This document shows positions 1-12,019 of a stretch of 64,000 nucleotides of DNA, in pieces. The notes beneath the pieces are model-generated. The model had not been told where the DNA came from. It worked only from the letters and a program-made list of their open reading frames with translations, and ran no database searches. How positions within the stretch are numbered: the stretch's first letter is position 1; each line of letters opens with the position of its first letter. Origin of the DNA: Squalus acanthias (lineage: Eukaryota); NCBI GenBank assembly GCA_030390025.1, contig CM059432.1:122700001-122764000 (forward strand), read 5' to 3'. Made by a program: the position numbers and the translations under genes.

Positions 1-3000
1 GGCAGAGAATTCCACAAATTTACGACCCTCTGAGAGAAGAAGTTCCTCCTCATCTCAGTTCTAAAAGGGCGACCCTTTATTCTGAGACTGTGCCCCCGAG
101 TTCTAGATTTCCCCATGAGGGGAAACATCCTCTCTGCATCTACCCTGTCGAGCCCCCTCAGTATCTTATATGTTTCGATAAGATCACCTCTCATTCTTCT
201 AAATTCCCATGAGTATAGGCCCAGCCTGCTCAACCTTTCCTCATAAGTCAAACCCCTCATCTCTGGAATTAACCTAGAGAATCGTCTCTGAACTGCCTCC
301 AATGCAAGTATATCCTTCCTTAAATAAGGAGACCAAAACTGTACGCAGTACTCAAGGTGTGGTCTCACCAATACCTTGTACAGTCGTAGCAGGACTTCCC
401 TGCTTTTATACTCCAAAGCCCTTGAAATAAATGCCAACATTCCATTTGCCTTTTTGATTACTTGCTGTACCTACATGCTAACTTTTTGTGTTTCATCACA
501 AGGACCCCCAGGTCCCTCTGAACTGTAGCATTTTGTAATCTCTCTCCATTTAAATAATAGTTTGCTTTTTTATTTTTCCTGTCAAAATGGATAATCTCAC
601 ACTTTCCCACATTATACTCCATCTGCCAAATGTTTGCCCACTCACCTAGCCTGTCTATATCCCTTTGCAGATTGAGTCCTCTGCACAACTTGTTTTCCCA
701 CCCATCTTTGTATCATCCGCAAACTTGGCTACATTACGCTCGATCCCTTCATCCAAGTCATTAATGTAGATTGTAAATAGTTGGGGCCCCAGCACCGATC
801 CTTGTGGCACCCCACTAGTTACCGTTTGCCAACCAGAAAATGACCCATTTATCCCGACTCTCTGCTTTCTGTTAGTTAGCCAATTCTCTATCCATGCTAA
901 TATATTACCCCAACTCCGTGAGCTCTTATCTTATGCAGTAACCTTTTATGTGGCGCCTTATCGAATGCCTTCTGGAAATCCAAATACACCACATCCACTG
1001 GCTCACCCTTTTCCACCCTGCTTGTTACATCCTCAAAGAACTCCAGAAAATTTCTTAAACATGATTTCCCTTTCCTAAAACCATGCTGACTCTGTTTGAC
1101 TGCAGTATGTTTTTCTAAATGCCCTGCTACTGCTTCCTTAATGAAGGACTCCAGCATTTTCCCAATGACAGATGTTAGGCTAACTTGTCTATAGATTCCT
1201 GCTTTCTGTCTTCCTCCTTTCTTAAATAGGGGTGTTACATTAGCAGTTTTCCAATCCGCTGGGACCTCTCCAGAGTCCAGGGAATTTTGGTATATTGCAA
1301 CCAATGCATCCACTATCTCTGCAGCCACTTCTTTTAAGACCCTGGGACGCAGGCCATCTGGTCCAGGCGACTTGTCGTCTTTTAGTCCCATTATTTTACC
1401 GAGTACTATTTCCTTAGTGATAGTGATTGTCTTTAGTTCCCCACTCCCTGTGGCCCCTTGATTATCCATTATTGGGATGTTGTTAGTGTCTTCTACAGTG
1501 AAGACAGATGCAAAATATTTGTTCAGAGTCTCAGCCATTTCCTCGTTCCCCATTATTAATTCCCCAGTCTCATCCTCTCAGGCACCAATGTTTACTTTAG
1601 CTACCCTCTTCCTTTTTATATACCTGTAGAAGCTCTTACTATCTGTTGTAATGTTTCTTGCCAGCATACTCTCATAATTCATCTTCTCTCTCTTTATTAT
1701 TTTTTGAGTCACCCTTTGCTGGTTTATAAAAATTTCCCAATCCTCTGGTCTCCCACCAATCTTGGCAACATTGTATGCCTTCATTTTCAATTTGATACCA
1801 TCCTTTACTTCCTCAGTTAGCCATGGATGGTGCTGCCTTCTCTTAAAATCTTTCATTCTCACTGGAATATATTTTTGTTGAGAGTTATGAAATATCTCCT
1901 TAAATGTCCACCACTGCATTTCAACTTTCTTACCCTTTAATTTGTTTTTCCAGTCCACTTTAGCCAGTTCTGCCCTCATGCCATTATAATTGCCTTTGTT
2001 TAAGATCAGGACACTGGTTTAGGATACAACTTTCTCACCCTCCAACTGAATTGAAATTCAACCATGCTGTGATCACTCTTTCCTAGAGGATCCTTTACTA
2101 TGAGATCATTTATTAATTCTGTCTCATTACATAGTACCAGATCCAAGATAGCCTGCTCCCTGGTTGGTTCCATTACATACTGTTCTAGGAAAACATCCCG
2201 GATGCACTCTATGAACTCCTCCTCCAGGCTACCATGGGCAATTTAATTTGTCCAATCAATATGGAGATTAAAATCACTCATGATTATTACCGTACCTTTT
2301 TTACAGGCCTCCATATTTTTGTTGATTTATACTCTGTCCAACAGCATTTCTACTGTTCGGGGGCCTGCAGATTACGCCCACCAGAGACTTTTTTCCCCTT
2401 ATTATTTTTTATCTCCACCCAAACCGATTCTACATCTTGATCTTCTGAACCAATATCACTTCTCACCACTGCACTGATCCCATCTTTTACCAACAAAGCC
2501 ACCCCACCTCCCTTTCCTTTCTTTCTATCCTTCCGAATTATCATATACCCTGGAATATTCAGTTCCCAGCCCTGATCGCCTTGCAACCACGTCTCTGTAA
2601 TGGCGATCAGATCATACCCATTTGTATCTATTTGTGCCGTCAACTCATTTATCTTGTTACGAATGCTGCGTGCATTCAGATATAGAGCTTTTAATTTTGT
2701 CTTTTTACTATTTTTCCTTGTTTTGGCCTTTTTTTCTGTTACACTCTTATTTTTAAACATTCTGGGGGAAAAATTCAGTTGGTTGCGCCTCCCGTTAGCG
2801 CCTTAAGAGGGCGCGAATGGGGGCAAAGCATCTAGCGCCCAGGCGCGGCGAAGTTTGCGCCGCTCGCGAAATTAACTAGACATTTTGCGGCGGCGCTAAA
2901 CACTACCGCCACGATCTCCTGCGCCGGCAGATCATGACGTCACTCGAGAGCGCAACACCCCGGTATCGCCCCGGAGCGGATATTGAGTGGCGCCCCCTGC

Positions 3001-3790
3001 CTTACCGCCTGACGCTAGCAACGACAGGTTGAGGGGAGCATTCTGCAGTCATGAAGGGAAAGGGGGAGCGCTATTTAAAGCTGACCGCTTCCTGCCTTTT
3101 ATTGTTGGTGCCATTTTTGAACTACGCATTCTGAGAGAGAGAGGGAGAGACTTCTGGAGAGATTCAACGTTGTGTGAAGGAGTTTTGGGTACTGAGCAGC
3201 ACTTTGCAGTTTATTTTGATTTGTCATTCCTTGTATCGATTTAGCAGAGACTGTGGGGGCTGCACTCTGAGCTCTTTGCCTGGTACTCTCCATTGTTCTT
3301 TCCAGCACATTTGATGTGCAAGTCTCTCCAGGCCGAGGTTCAAGGCTGCAATGAGCAGGATGTGGATGGAAAGCAAGATTAACCATTCCCTTTAAGAACT
3401 GGCCCGTGCCATTGTGTGTGTGTTCCATTGCTGACTGACATTACATGAGCTTCGCCAGCGCTCTGAGGTAGCGCCTCGCTCCTCAGCCTTTGCGCCTTAA
3501 GACAGGTGTGAAGCGCCTGATATAGCGCTGCAATCACCTCCAGGGGCGATAAAAGTCAAGTTTGCAGTCGATGGCGATAATTAACGGCAGGCGCTAATCT
3601 TTGCGTCTGGCCGATAATTGCGCCCCAAATGGGGCGATACTGAATTTCTCCCCCTCTGTCACACTCTGGTTATTATTTCCCCCATCTCTAGCCTGCTCTA
3701 TTGCGTTCTCATTTCTGATTGACTTTTTATTTTCCCGCTCACCTGGATCCTCCCCCCCACTATTTAGTTTAAAGCCCTCTCTACAGCCCT
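1..3790 (-). mobile_element. CR1-clade LINE, degraded ORF2 (APE endonuclease + RT), 5'-truncated at the end of ORF1 and interrupted by a MITE at 2764-3654
   Basis: Minus-strand ORF fragments in colinear order: LYLNARSIRNK/IAITETWL (APE, 2350-2760), SPGPDG..WKTANVTPLFKKG..YLDFQKAFDK (RT, 897-1553) and LQRDIDRL..WQMEYNVGKC (458-688). Stops and frameshifts lie between them. The element runs off the window start. Confidence 0.93.
2764..3654. mobile_element. Non-autonomous Harbinger element (MITE), family B
   Basis: TIRs GGGGGAAAAATTCAGT / ACTGAATTTCTCCCCC and 3-bp TSD TCT (2761-63, 3655-57). A second copy lies at 53298-54102. Both ends are homologous to the full element at 35401-39602. Confidence 0.92.
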
Positions 3791-4440
3791 GTGGTAATTG
3801 CTTTGAATCCTGGAGAAGGCAGGTGAGAGATGTGGAGACGAGGAGCTGTCCACACCTTTGTTAATCTTGTGAGGTCATTGACCTACTTGTCATAGTCAAG
3901 GCTCTCTCAGGGCTGGATTTTCATCGGGCCGTTGAGGCGGGATTGGAGGCGTGTGGGTTGTTAAAATTGCAAAAACTGGTGGGCGGGCCCAACCCCGCCT
4001 CCATCCCGCCTCCACGCAATTTTCATTAAATCGTGTCTACTGGTCCCGTCTCCGTCCCGCCTCCAAGAGGCAGGATAGGCCGTTAAGGGCCTTAACAAGC
4101 ACTAAATTGCCTCTATAATGCCATTTTGATAGGCCTTTGTGATTTTAACCCTTTTCCCACGTGAAGCACGCCTGTCCCTGAAACACGACGGTGAAACCTG
4201 ACGGTAGCACAATTGGATTGCTGACTATCAGTTGCAGCTCAACCATTAAATAGGAGATTTGATCAGCCATCATTCGCAGGAGACAGGAATTTGCTGTCTC
4301 AGGTCTGGGGGAACTTTTAGAAGGCATAACCACAGCTGTGGAAGTTTGGAGCCTGACACCCATCTCCAGTGTGACCTCCTGGGAAACCCCTCTCGCCACC
4401 TTGACTGAGCGCTTCCTCAACTGAGGCATATACCAGCAGC

Positions 4441-5694
4441 ATGGGAGCCATTTATTTCCTTCCCTTCTGGACATCAGATGAGGTCGAAGACCAGCCGCGG
4501 CACCAGCAGAACCATGAACAACAGCAGCACCAACAGCAGCAGCAACAACAGGAGCGCCAAGCTGCTGCTCACCCACCTGAAGCTGCACAGGCCAGAAGGG
4601 GCCAGCGCATGGAAGCCCGTCGGCGCAGGAGATACCCCCCAAACAGGGTCTACAGACACAAGGTCAGCTACCTCAACATGTCTGAGCAGCAGTGCCAAAG
4701 GTGGCTCCGACTTTCGCGAGAGGTAGTGGGTGACATCTGCGCAATGCTGCAACAAGACCTGGAGCCCAGAGGACCAGGTGGACAACCCTTACCAGTGGCC
4801 GTCAAAGTCACCACCGCACTCAACTTTTTTGCCTCAGGCTCATTCCAGGGATCAGCAGCAGACATCAGCGGCATCTCCCAGGCGGCTGCACACACTTGCA
4901 TCACGCAGGTAACCGATGCCCTCTTTGCCATCGCGCACACTCACATCCATTTCACCAAGGATCAAGCAAGTATCACGGCGCGTGCGGTAGGATTAGCTAA
5001 TCTGGCAGGCTTTCCAAGGGTGCAGGACGTCGTTGACTGCACACATGTGGCCCTAAAGGCACCCCATCGCAATCCAGGTATTTTTGTAAACCGCAAGGGC
5101 TTCCACTCCCTTAACGTTCAGCTGGTGTGTGATCACAAGAAGGAAATTTTGCATATTTGTGCCAAGTACCCTGGCAGTTGCCATGACTCCTTCTTATTGC
5201 ACCAGTCTAGTGTGCCTCCGCTATTCAGTCTGCCAGACCAACTTAACAGATGGCTACTTGGAGACAAGGGCTATCCCCTGAAGACGTGGCTAATGACGCC
5301 GTTGAGGAGCCCATCCAACGAAGCTGAGGAGAGCTACAACTCCAGCCACATGTCCACCAGAGCCTTAATCGAGCAAACCATCGGTTTGCTGAAGATGCGC
5401 TTCAGATACCTGGATAAATCAGGTGGAGCCCTGCAGTACTCAGCAGCCAGGGTCTCCAGAATCGTCGTGGTTTGCTGTGCACTTCACAACATGGCACAGC
5501 GTCGTGGCTTGCAGATGCCTGAGGACCAAGTGACTCGTCACATATCCTCCTCAGATGAGGAGGAGGAGGAGGAGGAGGAGGAGGAGAGCAAAAACGAACA
5601 TCTTGCAGAGGCCCATCAACCAGCGGCAGCAGTATGCGAGAACATTGCTGCCCGGGATGCAAGGAACGCACTCATCTTGGCCAGATTTGCTTAG
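4441..5694 (+). CDS. Harbinger DDE transposase (HARBI1-like), 417 aa open frame
   Basis: Motifs [60 protein letters not shown] and CCALHN. The D, D and E residues are present. The start codon is not verified. Confidence 0.93.
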   Translation: MGAIYFLPFWTSDEVEDQPRHQQNHEQQQHQQQQQQQERQAAAHPPEAAQARRGQRMEARRRRRYPPNRVYRHKVSYLNMSEQQCQRWLRLSREVVGDICAMLQQDLEPRGPGGQPLPVAVKVTTALNFFASGSFQGSAADISGISQAAAHTCITQVTDALFAIAHTHIHFTKDQASITARAVGLANLAGFPRVQDVVDCTHVALKAPHRNPGIFVNRKGFHSLNVQLVCDHKKEILHICAKYPGSCHDSFLLHQSSVPPLFSLPDQLNRWLLGDKGYPLKTWLMTPLRSPSNEAEESYNSSHMSTRALIEQTIGLLKMRFRYLDKSGGALQYSAARVSRIVVVCCALHNMAQRRGLQMPEDQVTRHISSSDEEEEEEEEEESKNEHLAEAHQPAAAVCENIAARDARNALILARFA

Positions 5695-5951
5695 CCTAGC
5701 CAATCAAGCACTTTTGCCTCGCAGTTTCTTACCTGAGCATCGACAATGGCCAAGAACCAGCGGATTCCTAGCAATTTGAACACGATACTGACAATTGCAA
5801 GTAATCCTAAGCCCTCAATGTGGAAGTCCCATTCGCGAAATGACACACGCCACAACTACAGCAGTAGCCATCAGATTTTTTATTTACAGTAATCATCTGG
5901 TGGCTTTTTAACATAAAACATCAAAATTCACCCAAGTGACTACCCTTGTGA

Positions 5952-7914
5952 CTATTTATGCACTATCTTTCTCTTACACGTGCTCCTTCGTGGTGCTTCC
6001 CCTGTTGCTTCAGCAGATGTGGAGGCCCCTTGCTCACTTTCTTGCTGCTCCTGTCTCCACACCTTTGGCGGGCGTCCTCTGGGGTTGCGAACCTGTGAGG
6101 GCTCGGCAACAGTCTGCTGCTCCTGCGGCTGTGCAGGGGATGAGACGTCTATCTCAGTTGGGTGAAGACTCTGGTGGGGCTCTGACCGAGGGCTTTGCAG
6201 TGGCATGGTTGTTTGAGCACTTGGTGAGGAGCCCCCACTTCCTTGTTGTCTGCCACCAACAACCAACTCATGGGTCAGCCCCACTTTAGAGCTAGCAAGT
6301 GGCTTGATAGCACCTTGCTGCACTTCAGGGGGGCCATGAGGACCCATTTCTGCACTGGAAGTCCTACTCCAGAGGACTTCCATGAAGGTCTGGTTTCTAT
6401 GCTCAGTAGCTGACCATCGCTCCTCAAGAGATGCCAGTCTATTCTGAATAATGACCATGTTTTCTACACTCTGGCGACTTAGCTCCTCCATGGCCGTAGC
6501 CAGCCTCTCCTCTACTGCAGCCATCCTTTCCACGGAGGTTGCCATCCTTTCCGTGGTGATGCGTTCATGCGCCAATGACTCCACAAAGGCTCTGCTCATG
6601 TTCGCAATGGACTCCTCCATTCGCTCCACACTCGCAGCGACCCTGGAGACAAAACCTGCCAGAGACTCCTGCATCTGTTCCTGGAGTACCAGCACCGCTG
6701 ATCTTATGGATGGACCCAGAGGCAGAGGGTCGACATGCAGCTGAGCCGAGCTGGGAGAGTCCTGCGCCCTCCGACTAGGACTCTCCACTGCTGTCCCTGT
6801 CTCCACTATCTGCTGATGCTCACTTTTGAGCTGTGATACACCAGGTGACAACACTACTCTATCTCGCGATGTTCCCTCCGAGGTGTGAGTGTCTGCGCTG
6901 GTGCTGGGTGCGCTGATTCCTGCTGACGCTGCGCCCTCAGAGGTTGCAGCTTCCTCTGAGGAGTCTTGAGGCTCATGCTCTTCCTCCTGGATAGTGGGGA
7001 CGGATGCTTGCGATGGTCCTGGGGGGGAGTAAAGGAAAGAGTCAGAGATGTGAGACCAAGGTTACATGCACATTGCATATTGCAGATGATCATAAGTCCA
7101 TCTGTTAGAGCTTCAGAATCATTATCAGCGACTCATGCAATGTCATTGAGAGAGATGGAAAACTATTCTGTCACCAGCTTGCTGTGATGCGCCCATCTGT
7201 CCGTCCCCCACTTGGGAATCTTCCTCCACTCCCACCATCTCCAGGACTGCCTCCTCCCAGGTGGTGAGCTGGGCTACTGAGGGTGGCCCTCCTCCTGTCC
7301 TCACTCTTTCCCTCTTATTGTGAGCTCTCTTTTCCTGCAATGAGGGAGACAAGTGGAGTTTGAGTGAGAATGAAGGAGTGAGTGTAGAGAATCCATAGCA
7401 TAGATGCTTAGAAGGAGACAAAGATGGAGTGAGGTGGCAAGACCAAGGGCCCTCCCTGTGTGTTGTAAGTTGTAATTGCATCACAGTGATAGGGAGTGTG
7501 AGGGCTGCATAGTCAAATAGTTAGGTGAATGTGACCATAGAGAGAGAGGGAATGGGTAAGGGTGCATGGATGTTAGTGTCAAGTGGGATGTGGAGGAAGA
7601 GATTGCTAAAGCTGAGTGCTGGTGAGGAGAGGCAATGGGGATCAGATTGAGGGTGAAGGGAAATTCATACTCACTTTTCCAGTGCGCAGAAGGTCATGAA
7701 GCCTCTTCCTGCACTGAAGCCAGGTTCTGCGGGTTATTGACAAAGATTTGACCTCCTCTGCCACCTGGATCCACACAGCCTTGGTTTGCTGTGGAGGCTT
7801 CTTCCTCCCTGAAGAAGGGAAGAGCACCTCTCTGTTTGCTCTTGCTCCCTCTACTAAAGCCTGCAGGGCAACGTCATCAAAGCGGGGTGCAGACCTAGGT
7901 CTCTGGCTGGCCAT
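5952..7914 (-). CDS. Harbinger Myb/SANT-like DNA-binding protein, 3 exons (7914-7675, 7334-7175, 7018-5952), about 488 aa
   Basis: Exon 1 reads APRFDD..W..VAEEV..RTWLQCRKRLHDL, then GTGAGT. Exon 2 follows TTGCAG, reads EKRAHNKRERVRTGGG and ends at GTGACA. Exon 3 follows CCCCAG and joins in frame to ORF 5952-6854 (coiled coil, basic tail). Spliced length is 1467 nt with no internal stop. Confidence 0.85.
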
Positions 7915-8475
7915 TCTTCCTGCAGGTGCCTCTAACATGCAAAGGCAAAAGCTTGGCAGTCTGCAGAAGAAGCAAGGCTTGTTGCAGACCTTAAATGCAG
8001 CAGTAATGATGACGTCATCGGAGGCGACTTTCAGACTGGAAAAACTCACTGGCCATGGGTTCCCACACGTTGGAACTCAATTGGCCAATTAGGTTAAAAT
8101 GGCATCATTCTCCCACATCAATTTAGAAACGGGTGGCTAACACGAAATGCGGATTACACGACCCAAGCCCGCCCCAGTATCAAAATCCAGCCCATAGCCT
8201 CTCATGAACCAACTAACCCATCAAATCTCTCAGTTCTTATCATGCTCTCCAAACTCCCGGGTAACTTTGCACCCTGGTTTCTGGAATCTCTAGGCACATT
8301 TGCAGTAACAATGTTTCTGGAATCTCCTAGCAGATTTCAGTGGATGTAATTTAAGATGTTTCTGGAATCTCCAGATCGATTTGCATTGAGTGAGGTTTTA
8401 AACCAGGAGCAGTCAGCAGATTTAAAAGGGAAATTCTGTCCCTTAATTCTTGGGGCCAGTCGCTCTGATCTTAAT

Positions 8476-8990
8476 GGGCCAGAAATTAGGCACTTGCCGG
8501 GTGAGTACGCGCTGTGTACTCACCCGTAAGGCCTCCTGAAGTGCCGGTTTCCTACATGCACTGCGCATGCGCGGGAAACCGGAACTTCCGGTCTCGTGAA
8601 GGGAGTGGTTCAGAGGTGAACCACGTGCACGGGTGAGGCTGCGCGTACGCAGCGAACTTAGGTTTTTTTTCAGGTTTCTCCGGGAAGGTAAGTATGGAAG
8701 AAGCTGCACTTTTAAAAAGGAGGCGCAAGACCTGTTTTTAACAAGGTTTGTGGTTAATTAATTACAATTTAAAAAATTTTTCAACAGATTTATCTTTTTT
8801 AGATACTTTAAAGAAAGGTAAGTTTATTTTTAGCACTGTTAATAAGTATTTTAATGTTTTCAAAAATTAAATTTTTGTTTAAAGTAGTTAATTTATTTAA
8901 CTTATAGTTATTTTAAAAATGTGATGGTTTTTAAAAAAATGTATTTGAAGTTTAGGTGTTGTTTTGGGGCCGATTTCAATTCATAGATTT
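8476..8990. mobile_element. Probable Harbinger-type MITE, left part; right end uncertain
   Basis: Starts GGGCCAGAAATT, with a CpG-rich subterminal region followed by an AT-rich core like the element at 9976-10734. A possible far end GATTTTTGGCCCC lies near 9686. Confidence 0.45.
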
Positions 8991-9975
8991 GACAGCCCAA
9001 TGTAACTCGATGTAAGACATGACCTACCTTTCACAAATTCATGCGAACTCTCTTTGATCAGCTCATAGTTGTTCAAGTGCTCAGTTTGGTTGTATAGGGT
9101 TAATATTACAGCAATAAAGCCACTTCTGGTATTTGAGTTCTATATTACAATAATGTTAGTGTTTGTTTCAGCATCATAATACAAGCTGAAAACCTTTAAT
9201 AATGGTCACCTCCGGAACCTTGGAATTCCCTAGAGTTATAAGGATGCTGTAAGGATTAGCATTCTATATACATTGTACAAGGCCAGAGCATCTATTTTGA
9301 TTCTTGCTGCTGTCAGCAGTCTACCTTTCTCGTGTCATCTTACCGCTTTCCTGATATGCATTTTAGATGTCTTTAACTGGCTATTGTATGACTCCCAATC
9401 CTGATTCATTTCTGTTCTTCGTACTTTTCAAAATAATTATTTTCAGTCTTTGTATTTTTATCTACTTAGTTAGACAACATGGTCTGGATTTTATTATTAT
9501 TTGCTGCTTTTTCTCACAGGGACATAACAGCACTGAAAATCTGTGGTTCTTTGATTCCGGCGCAAGTATCAAGATCATCCCACTGGTGACCTCAGCACTG
9601 ATATCGCCTGGGTCCCAGCCCTGCTGCCGCACTCCCACTGGATTTACAGATGGAGTGCACTAAAAGGGTTGCAGATTTTTGGCCCCAGTGTCTTCCACAT
9701 TCTTTAAAGTAATCCCATTATTGATTTTTTCTCTCCCACCATTTTATTTTCTAATGCCACTTTCACTTAATTCCTCCCTGTACCTTCTTAATATCCCTTT
9801 TCACTCACTTCCAGGCTACTAATGACATTGGATTGACTATTATATATTAAACCTGACATCCGACTTGGCACCCTAATTTTTGTGTTTATCATTCATTTCC
9901 TCTATTTGTTCTCCTCTCTTCCCACATCGGATCTTTCCACTTTGCCTGTGGGCTATTGAACTCCCACATGACATT

Positions 9976-10734
9976 AGCCCGTAATTTCCGATAGGAGGCT
10001 TCCTGCGTGCGGATGCCTCCTATCGGAAAAAAATCTGCGTACTTACCTGAGGGCTCCCGCAGGTCCGGACACTTCCGCTCCTGGGCCTCTCCACAGTCGA
10101 AATGCGCAGGGCCCACGTATCCCAGGGGCGCAGGCGGTTCGCAAGCGTCCCTGGGATCACGTGGGCCAGGCGAGCCAATAGGAAAAGGGAATCCCCCTTC
10201 ATACTTTTGACAGATAGACCTGTCAAAAGTATGAATGGCGATCACCCCAAAAACACATCAAAACATCAAATACATTTTTTTTTTAATCACGTTTTTAAAA
10301 TGAGTTAAAATTACATTAAATTAAATATTTTAATCAAAAATTTAATTTTTTGAAAAAAATAATTACTTTTTTTACGGGGCTAAAAATAAACTTACCTTTT
10401 TTTAAAGTATTTTTAAATTATAAATGAGTGAAAACATTTGTTTTTAACTTTTTTAAACTCTTATGCTGGTAAAAGCAGGCCTTACGCCTGCTTTTACCAG
10501 GCGTAAGATTTTTAAGGGTTTTCAGCGGGCAGGAGGTTCTGCAGAAAGCGGAACTCTCCACCCGCAGAGGCCCTTCTCCAAGGCAGGCATCCGATCTGTC
10601 AAGAGGATTCTTGACAGATCGGAAATGCCGGTTTTCAGCGCATGCGCTTCGAATGCCTGAAACCAGCATTTCCGATGTCCCTACGGGTGTGTGCACAGCT
10701 TGTACACACCCGTAGGCATCGGAAAATGCGGGCC
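9976..10734. mobile_element. Harbinger-type MITE
   Basis: TIRs AGCCCGTAATTTCCGAT / ATCGGAAAATGCGGGCC with flanks ATT/AGT. Internal palindromes include CTGGTAAAAGCAGGC..GCCTGCTTTTACCAG. Confidence 0.75.
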
Positions 10735-11708
10735 AGTATGATTCCCTGCAGTCTCTTACATGCCTGGACAGCTCACTGCCTGGGACTGTTCATCTTGAGC
10801 TGGCAGTCAACTGAATTTGCTGATTTTTATTCTGTCACTGTATCATTAATAATTTCTATCCAGATTGCTTTCAGCTGGTATTTCGACTCTTTGAGTAGCA
10901 ATTATATTATCCCTTCACAGTAATACCAACCCATCACCTAGCATAATAGGTTCATCTTCTCAAAGCTTTCTGTCCTCTCTTAGTATTATCACTGCCCATC
11001 TCTACTTGCGGTCATGTTTCTACCAAGTCAGTGGTATTCTTGGTATCAATGCACTGCCTCCCACTTTAATTCCTTCCTTCCCAGAACCTCAAAACTGTGT
11101 AATTCATCTGTCAGTCTTCCTCATACAATCTACAAGCTTTTAAAGCTTGTGTTTGACATCACCTAATCAAAACATCTTAATTTACCTCATATTCTCTTCT
11201 ACTCTTTTCAAACCTCAGTCGAGGCCTTGGCCAATTTTATCAAAGTTCCTCAGTAGCTTCTTTCTAAAGGTCCTTGCATGGTATGAAACCTTGCCCAGTA
11301 ACTCTTGCTTATCCTTCATACAATCTTATTGAGGAGCTTCTGTGTATGCTCAATTCTAAGAATAGCTGCTCAAAAGCTTTAACTACTCAATTTGTTTCTC
11401 TAGTGCTGCCAGCCACTTAATCCTTCACAATGCCGTTCTTGTAGCTCCCAACCTTTGCATATTTGTATTCCTTTTCTTACGACCTTGTTTTGTCAAATTG
11501 AGCTGTATAATGACCATTAAGTTCCTTTGCAGGTTACTAGCCTCTGCTGGTTGACTGTTACATATTAAATCTAGTCTGTTCTAATACCCTACCATGAACT
11601 CTGGGACCAGCAAGATGGACTGCTGAGGTCTTCTCCAGCTCTGTAGAATCCTAGATAACTCAGGAAAAGTGCACACTGCAGCAGACACCATTGTTGCTGC
11701 AACACAAC

Positions 11709-11940
11709 GGGCCATAATTTGCTGCAGCAGGGCAGCTAACAGCATCTGCCGTTAGTTAGACTCGCCCTTGCACATTGAGGTTTTTTAATTTTTTGCACGT
11801 CAAGTTGCTGAAAGTGCGAGCTGATAACATCGCAGCAAGGGAAACGGAGCATCTGGAACCCAAATGAACAGGGAAAACAACTGTGTATTTCCTTAACCAA
11901 TCAGATTGAAGGATTGTGAAATAAACAACTCATGGAATCG
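11709..11940. mobile_element. MITE end fragment related to the element at 57184-60939
   Basis: Begins GGGCCATAATTTGCTG. CCTTAACCAATCAGAT..AAGGATT matches the reverse complement of 60725-60750. Confidence 0.6.
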
Positions 11941-12019
11941 TTTTTACATTACATAGTGTCCATTGCACATTCTCTATTTGCCATATACAATATTCAAAGT
12001 GTTAAAATCCAAGCATTGC

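Larger units (their letters stand above)
3910..8193 (+). mobile_element. Full-length PIF/Harbinger DNA transposon (family A)
   Basis: Perfect 12-bp TIR GGGCTGGATTTT / AAAATCCAGCCC enclosing convergent transposase and Myb-like genes. The flanking triplets TCA/ATA do not form a clean TSD. Confidence 0.92.

Noticed and set aside
4441..5694. Domesticated host gene HARBI1, with NAIF1/MSANTD for the Myb ORF
   Set aside because: The genes are enclosed by TIRs in a convergent transposon layout with several related elements nearby, so no host symbol was assigned.
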